From Spirochaetia bacterium (lineage in GTDB: Bacteria > Spirochaetota > Spirochaetia > SZUA-6 > Bin103): 64,000 nucleotides of DNA. The translations under genes were made by a program, and so were the position numbers. Each line of letters starts with the position of its first letter. Position 1 is the stretch's first letter. The notes below the pieces were generated by a model. It was not told the DNA's origin, did not search any database, and saw only the letters and a program-made list of their open reading frames with translations. The stretch is from assembly GCA_965203905.1 (NCBI GenBank), contig CBDBDQ010000005.1:2112001-2176000 (forward strand), given 5' to 3'. Shown piece after piece: positions 58,905-64,000 of this stretch.

Positions 58905-60266
58905 TCACCGCATCCAGGGCGTGGCAAGGGACCGCCGCGTACGGCTGCGGACGATGGCGTAGGCGGCGATTGCGGCTACGCCCGCCAGCAGCGGCACCAC
59001 CAGTGTGGACAGCGCGCGCTGCAGGCCGGCGCTGTCCGCCAGCAGGCCTATCGCGGAGGCGCCGACACCTCCAGGCAGCCAGCCCAGTCCCATCACCAGG
59101 CCGCCGGCGAGGCCGATGTTCCGCGGCCACGCCTCCTGCGCCATGATGATGACCACCGGATAGGTCATCCCGATCAGGCAACCGATGGCGGCGGTGAGGA
59201 GCAGCACTACAGCCGGTGCGCCGCCCGGTCCCACCGCCAGCAGGGCACCGTTGGCGAACACCAGCAGCGCGGCGGCGGCCAGCACCACCTGCCAGCGTCC
59301 GACCCGGTCGGAGAGCGCGCCTCCCAGCAGGCTGCCCGCCGGCAGGCTGCCCACCAGCACGAACAGCACCTGCGCCAGGCCGGTGCGGGCGCCGGCGTAG
59401 GAGTCGATCCACAGCGGCAGGTAGGTGGTCAGCGACACCTGGTACCAGGCCCGCGCCATGGCGAACAGCACGATCAGCGCGAGTGCGGTCCCGGCGGCGC
59501 GGGTGCCGACGGTGGGCGCCACGTCCGCGGCGTGGGTGGCGTTGGACTCGGCTGCCGGGGTGGGCGGCCCCGCCACGGTACGCTGTTCCGTGCTCCGCCG
59601 GCGCGTCCGCCCGGCGCTCGCGGGGGTCGCGCCGCGGCCCGGGATCAGCCACAGCAATGCCGCCGTCACGAGGGCCAGCGGCACGGCTACCAGGGTGCCG
59701 CGCAGCCCCTGCCACCCGATCACCGCCGCCATCAGCAGGGGGCTCAGGGCGGCCCCCGCGTTGCCGCCCACCGAGAAGATCGACATCGAGGCGCCGCGGC
59801 GCCGGCTGTGCGCCACCGACGCCACCACCGAGCCGGCGGGGTGGAACAGTGCCGAGCCCAACCCTCCCAGCGCGACCGCCACCAGCAGCGGCCAGAAGCG
59901 CGGCACCAGCCCCACGGTGCCGTAGAACAGCCCGCACCACAGCACCGCCAGCAGCACCAGGCGGCTGGCATCGAAGCGTTTCACCACCAGGCCCAGCAAC
60001 GGCTGGGGCAGGGTCATCCCCAGCGTCGCCACCAGGGTGACGGTGCCGACCTGGGCGAACGAAAAGCCCGCCTCGGCCACCAGCACCGGGTACACGATCG
60101 GCAGGAAGTTGGAAACCAGCTCGATGCCCAGGTGCCCGGCGGCGGCAAACAGCGACACCGAGACCATGGCGCGCGTGGCGGTGCGGGTGGACGTGGTATC
60201 GGGAACGGCCGCAGAACCGGTCGAGGGCGGCATAACGCTGATGCTCGCGCGCTTGCCCGCCGCCAT
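58905..60266 (-). CDS. MFS transporter (Fsr-like)
   Basis: Multiple TM segments; GSALFHP, SIFSVGGN, LSDRVGR motifs. Confidence 0.88.
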   Translation of the reverse strand: MAAGKRASISVMPPSTGSAAVPDTTSTRTATRAMVSVSLFAAAGHLGIELVSNFLPIVYPVLVAEAGFSFAQVGTVTLVATLGMTLPQPLLGLVVKRFDASRLVLLAVLWCGLFYGTVGLVPRFWPLLVAVALGGLGSALFHPAGSVVASVAHSRRRGASMSIFSVGGNAGAALSPLLMAAVIGWQGLRGTLVAVPLALVTAALLWLIPGRGATPASAGRTRRRSTEQRTVAGPPTPAAESNATHAADVAPTVGTRAAGTALALIVLFAMARAWYQVSLTTYLPLWIDSYAGARTGLAQVLFVLVGSLPAGSLLGGALSDRVGRWQVVLAAAALLVFANGALLAVGPGGAPAVVLLLTAAIGCLIGMTYPVVIIMAQEAWPRNIGLAGGLVMGLGWLPGGVGASAIGLLADSAGLQRALSTLVVPLLAGVAAIAAYAIVRSRTRRSLATPWMR

Positions 60267-60363
60267 GCAAGCGGTGCGCGATATTCATGTAACACGCGTA
60301 AGCGTTCAGGCGACTTCGTTGCTCACCGCGGCGGTTCACCGTTATCATAGTCGGGAAGTAGGT

Positions 60364-60770
60364 ATGCGCGCGCCTCGACGCAAACGTCCAATGAAACGGC
60401 CATGTACGTACCACCCAACACGGATCTCGACAGTTTGTCGGAGAACGTGCATTACGTGGGCAGTCCCGAGCACAAGGATATTCCGAGCTTCGCGGGCCAA
60501 CCACGCCTACGTGCCGACGCGTCGTGCTGTCCGCGAAACCTTGCCGATGTCAAGACGCTGACGGAATGGCTTCGCACTGCCATCAAGCAAGGAGCTATTG
60601 GACTGCCGTGGGAGGGTCTATTCCCAAGATATGTGTGGTACAAACACGGAGATACCGTCTTTGAGCGGCGGTTGGTGAATCGTGGAAGTGGCTCCTACAA
60701 GGGGTATCCCCTTGCCGGAGATGAGTGGCCGCAGGGAATTGAGTTGAAGTATGGCACAGCTTCGGTCTGA
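60364..60770 (+). CDS. small hypothetical protein (putative toxin/nuclease); possible 5' frameshift near 60399
   Basis: YVGSPEHK...FPRYVW...YKGYPL. ATG 60364 (MRAPRRKRPMKR) is one base out of frame with ORF 60402..60770. Confidence 0.6.
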
Positions 60771-62064
60771 AATTGAGTGGATTGACTCCGAGGGGATCAG
60801 GGGGCCGGAATTGTCTGCCACGTGGGCATCAGTACGTATTCTGGCAGGCGACTCGGCCATTACCTGGATCCATGACGCGCGGGCACAGACGACACGTGAG
60901 CATGTTTTCGTGCCGCTCTATCCGCTTGCCGAATGGCTGGCGACCAATTGGTGGTTCCTCCACCATGAGGGCAGAAACCCGCTCAAGGAAGAAGATCCGC
61001 AGTTTCTCCGCCGCCACACCGTTGCCGCCGGCCGAGAGGGATATGCGTATCCCAATCTGACGATGCTCTCTTCAGGTAGTTGGACGCATCTGACATGGAA
61101 GCGTGAACGAACTCCATGGAGCGGGATCGAATTCCTTGCTGAAGGGGAGACGCGCGTCGAGAGTGAGCGGTTTCGTGGATGGTGCGCCGATCTCATCGAC
61201 CAGGTGGTGCGACGGCTCGATGCGCTAAGCGTCGAAGGAACCCTTCTGCAAGAAGAGTGGTCTGCAATCCAAGCGGCCGATAGCGATGAGTTTGCCTTCT
61301 GCTCGACCGCGGCGCAACTCGGTTGGGATCCCTATGCGGTAGACGAATCTCGGCAAACCTTGGTTGTCAGGCTGGCTGAGCAGTTGCAGGAAGCGGTCTT
61401 TGATGAAGCGGTGTCAGCCCTTGATCCGAAGTTGTTGCAGGAAGGTTGCACGGCCATTACCGATGCGATTGCCGACTCCAGGTTACATGGTATTCTTCTC
61501 GAAAGGTTCCATCGGAAGCATGAGGATATCCCTTTCGAAGACCCTGCGATGAACGGCTATCCCTGGGACGTGGGCTACCGCTGGGCACAGGCGTTGCGCC
61601 GCAAGCTGGAGTTGGATGGCACCCCGATTCCCACGCTCAAGGCGCTCGTGGAGAGTATCGGCGAAGCCCCGACGGTTTTCGAGACCAAGCTGCCTATCGA
61701 GAGCCTGCAGCGAGCGACATTGATCGATGGGGTAATCACGCGAACCGATCAACAACAACCGGCCCTGGGCTTCCGTCACCTGGAAGAACCGGCTGCGCAG
61801 TTCCACCTGTGTCGCGCCCTGGCTGAGGTGCTGACATCGCCTAGCACGGATACGTTGCTTACTCGGGCTCACTCCGAGCGGCAACAGAGGAATCGTGCCT
61901 TCGCCGCCGAGTTCCTGGCTCCTTCGACTGGTTTGCAGCAACGGCTGAAAGGTCGTCGTGTCGTGGATGGCGACGACATTGATGAACTTGCCGGTACCTT
62001 CGGCGTCTCTTCTCTCGTTGTAGAACATCAAATCCGCAACCATCAATTGGCGAAGATCATCTAA
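60751..62064 (+). CDS. protein with C-terminal ImmA/IrrE-like domain lacking HEXXH
   Basis: QFHLCRALAE replaces the usual RFT.AHE.GH; RQQRNRAFAAEFLAP...ELAGTFGVS. Confidence 0.7.
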   Translation: MAQLRSEIEWIDSEGIRGPELSATWASVRILAGDSAITWIHDARAQTTREHVFVPLYPLAEWLATNWWFLHHEGRNPLKEEDPQFLRRHTVAAGREGYAYPNLTMLSSGSWTHLTWKRERTPWSGIEFLAEGETRVESERFRGWCADLIDQVVRRLDALSVEGTLLQEEWSAIQAADSDEFAFCSTAAQLGWDPYAVDESRQTLVVRLAEQLQEAVFDEAVSALDPKLLQEGCTAITDAIADSRLHGILLERFHRKHEDIPFEDPAMNGYPWDVGYRWAQALRRKLELDGTPIPTLKALVESIGEAPTVFETKLPIESLQRATLIDGVITRTDQQQPALGFRHLEEPAAQFHLCRALAEVLTSPSTDTLLTRAHSERQQRNRAFAAEFLAPSTGLQQRLKGRRVVDGDDIDELAGTFGVSSLVVEHQIRNHQLAKII

Positions 62065-62152
62065 TGGATCTGCTGCAGATTAGGATCACATAACGCCCTC
62101 CGCCCAATGCCATGGCAACGGCCGGGCTGGCGGCGTACACTGGGCTACGGTT

Positions 62153-62572
62153 ATGGCATCCAAGGATCATCAGGTCGCGGTGCTCGGCGCCAGTCGCAAG
62201 CAGGAGCGCTATTCCAACCGGGCGGTGCGGGCGCTGAAGCAGCACGGCTACCGCGTGGTGCCGGTCAACCCGGCGCACGAGGAGGTGGAGGGGCTTGCGG
62301 CGGCTTCCAGCCTGGCCGAGGTGCGCGGGCCGCTGGACACGCTCACGGTCTACATCGGTCCGCGCCACATCGGGCCGCTCATCGACGACATCGTCGCGGC
62401 CCGTCCGCGGCGCGTGATCCTCAACCCGGGCACCGAGTCGACAGAGTTGGCGCGCACCCTGGACCGGCACGGCATCCCCTGGCTGGAAGCCTGCACGCTG
62501 GTGCTGCTTGCCACCGGCCAGTTCGAGTCGGCGCTGGCACCCGCCGCCGGCGCCCGGGAGGTGACGCCGTGA
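62153..62572 (+). CDS. CoA-binding protein
   Basis: VAVLGAS, VPVNP, ILNPG, ACTLV motifs. Confidence 0.88.
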   Translation: MASKDHQVAVLGASRKQERYSNRAVRALKQHGYRVVPVNPAHEEVEGLAAASSLAEVRGPLDTLTVYIGPRHIGPLIDDIVAARPRRVILNPGTESTELARTLDRHGIPWLEACTLVLLATGQFESALAPAAGAREVTP

Positions 62573-64000
62573 GGGAGAGCGTATTTGCCAGCAGCAAGCA
62601 GGAAGCGCTCGGCGAGCGCGGCATGGTGGCGACCAAGCACCGGCTTGCCAGCGCCGCCGCGCTGGAGATGCTGCACGGCGGCGGCAACGTGATCGACGCC
62701 GCGGTGGCGGCGGCCTTCGCCGTGGGGGTGGTCGAGCCGGCGTCGAGCGGCATCGGCGGTGGCGGCTACCTGGTGTACCAGGTGGGGGAGCGCGGCGGGG
62801 TGTTCGGGTTCCCGATGCGGGCCCCGCTGGACGTCACACCGGACCTGTACCGCCTCACCGGCGCGCCCGCGGTCGGCGCCTTCGGCTGGCCGGGCGTGGA
62901 GGACGACGCCAACCTGGAGGGCCCCCGCTCCGTCGCCGTCCCCGGCGCCGTCGCGGGACTCACGGCCGCACACCGCGCCCTCGGACGGCTGCCACTGGAC
63001 GAGGTGGTGGCACCCGCCGTGGAGCTGGCGCGGAGCGGGTTCGCGCCGGAGTTCCACGACCTGATGGCGTTTGCCGGGCAGACAGGCAAGCTGACCCGCT
63101 ATCCGGAGCTGCGGAGCGTGTTCCTGCCCGGCGGCGAGCTGCCGGCCGGCATTCAGATTCCCGGTCCCGGCTACCTTCGCGGCGAACGGGTGTGGGCGGA
63201 ACCGGCCAAGATCCGCCAGCCCGACCTGGCCGACACCCTGGAGACGATCGGTATCGAGGGAGCGGACGGCTTCTACCGGGGCGGCGTCGCCAACCGCCTG
63301 GTGGATGCGGTGCAGGGCGCCGGCGGCAAGCTGAGCCACGCCGACCTGGAACGTTACCGGCCGTTCCACTGGCACGTCGGCGATTCCTCGGACGGCCCGC
63401 CGCTGGAGGTGCGCTACCGCAACCTGCGGGTGCGGGTGGCGCCGTTCGCCAGCGGCGGCATCACCAGCGCCATGACCCTGCAGTTGCTGGACCAGACCGA
63501 CCTGGCCGCCTGCGGTCACAACACCGCCGAGGCGCTGCACCGCTACATCTGCGCGGCACGCCTGGCCTACGCCGACCGCTTCGCCTTCCTGGCCGACCCG
63601 GAGAGCGCCGACGTACCCTGGCGCGGGCTCATCTCCCCGGCCTACGCGGCGCGCCGCTGGAGCACCGTGGGCCGCAAGGCTCCGCGCCGCGTCAAGCCCG
63701 GCGATCCGTGGCAGGAGGAGGGCCGGCACGCCCCGCGCCGCGCCCCCGGCAGCGCCCCCGCCTACCAGGACGGGACCACCCACCTGTGCGCGATGGACGG
63801 CGCCGGCAACGCCGTGTCGCTGACCAACACGCTGATGGCTGGGTTCGGCTCGGGGGTACTGGCCGCCGGCACCGGCGTGATTCTCAACAACGGCATGATG
63901 TGGTTCGACCCGGTGCCGGGCCACGTCAACTCGATTGCGCCGCGCAAGCTGCCGCTCAACAACATGTCGCCGCTGCTGGTGCTCGACCAGCACGGCGCGC
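62569..64000 (+). CDS. gamma-glutamyltransferase family protein (3' end off window)
   Basis: Manual translation from GTG 62569: GGNVIDAAVA, SGIGGGG, GTTHLCAMD, NNGM.WFDP. Confidence 0.9.
   Translation, partial: MRESVFASSKQEALGERGMVATKHRLASAAALEMLHGGGNVIDAAVAAAFAVGVVEPASSGIGGGGYLVYQVGERGGVFGFPMRAPLDVTPDLYRLTGAPAVGAFGWPGVEDDANLEGPRSVAVPGAVAGLTAAHRALGRLPLDEVVAPAVELARSGFAPEFHDLMAFAGQTGKLTRYPELRSVFLPGGELPAGIQIPGPGYLRGERVWAEPAKIRQPDLADTLETIGIEGADGFYRGGVANRLVDAVQGAGGKLSHADLERYRPFHWHVGDSSDGPPLEVRYRNLRVRVAPFASGGITSAMTLQLLDQTDLAACGHNTAEALHRYICAARLAYADRFAFLADPESADVPWRGLISPAYAARRWSTVGRKAPRRVKPGDPWQEEGRHAPRRAPGSAPAYQDGTTHLCAMDGAGNAVSLTNTLMAGFGSGVLAAGTGVILNNGMMWFDPVPGHVNSIAPRKLPLNNMSPLLVLDQHGA

Noticed and set aside
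1-64000. tRNA/rRNA genes or a T-box upstream of valS
   Set aside because: No cloverleaf, rRNA-like or T-box consensus was seen by eye.

Overview
This is a high-GC (roughly 65-70% by eye) bacterial chromosomal window. The backbone carries housekeeping and catabolic genes: clpA/clpS, a radical SAM protein, purN, valS, PhyH, a class III aminotransferase, sugar catabolism genes, a XDH-type Mo subunit, ptsP, manA, methylamine/betaine-type catabolism genes, an ABC exporter pair, an MFS transporter and GGT. Many accessory inserts interrupt this backbone. Main points: (1) a compact type I-G (I-U) CRISPR-Cas interference operon (csb1-csb2-cas3-csb3) with no cas1/2/4 in the window and only a two-repeat, one-spacer mini-array, sitting inside a betaine/methylamine catabolic cluster; (2) a lower-GC operon encoding a TIR + ORC/CDC6-like ATPase, a putative CARF-like protein and a DNA methyltransferase, which is a candidate undescribed defence system; its TIR domain is split by a tyrosine recombinase + IS91-like transposase element whose junctions can be rebuilt exactly; (3) a NYN RNase preceded by a promoter and a short structured, terminated leader RNA, resembling an RNA-antitoxin layout; (4) a detached, synonymously recoded alternative 3' end of the PhyH gene, plus an ISKra4/ISLre2-type IS with a 9-bp TSD in the same gene end; (5) several TA-like cassettes, some frameshifted or orphaned. 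All family assignments come from motif recognition by eye. No database searches were run.
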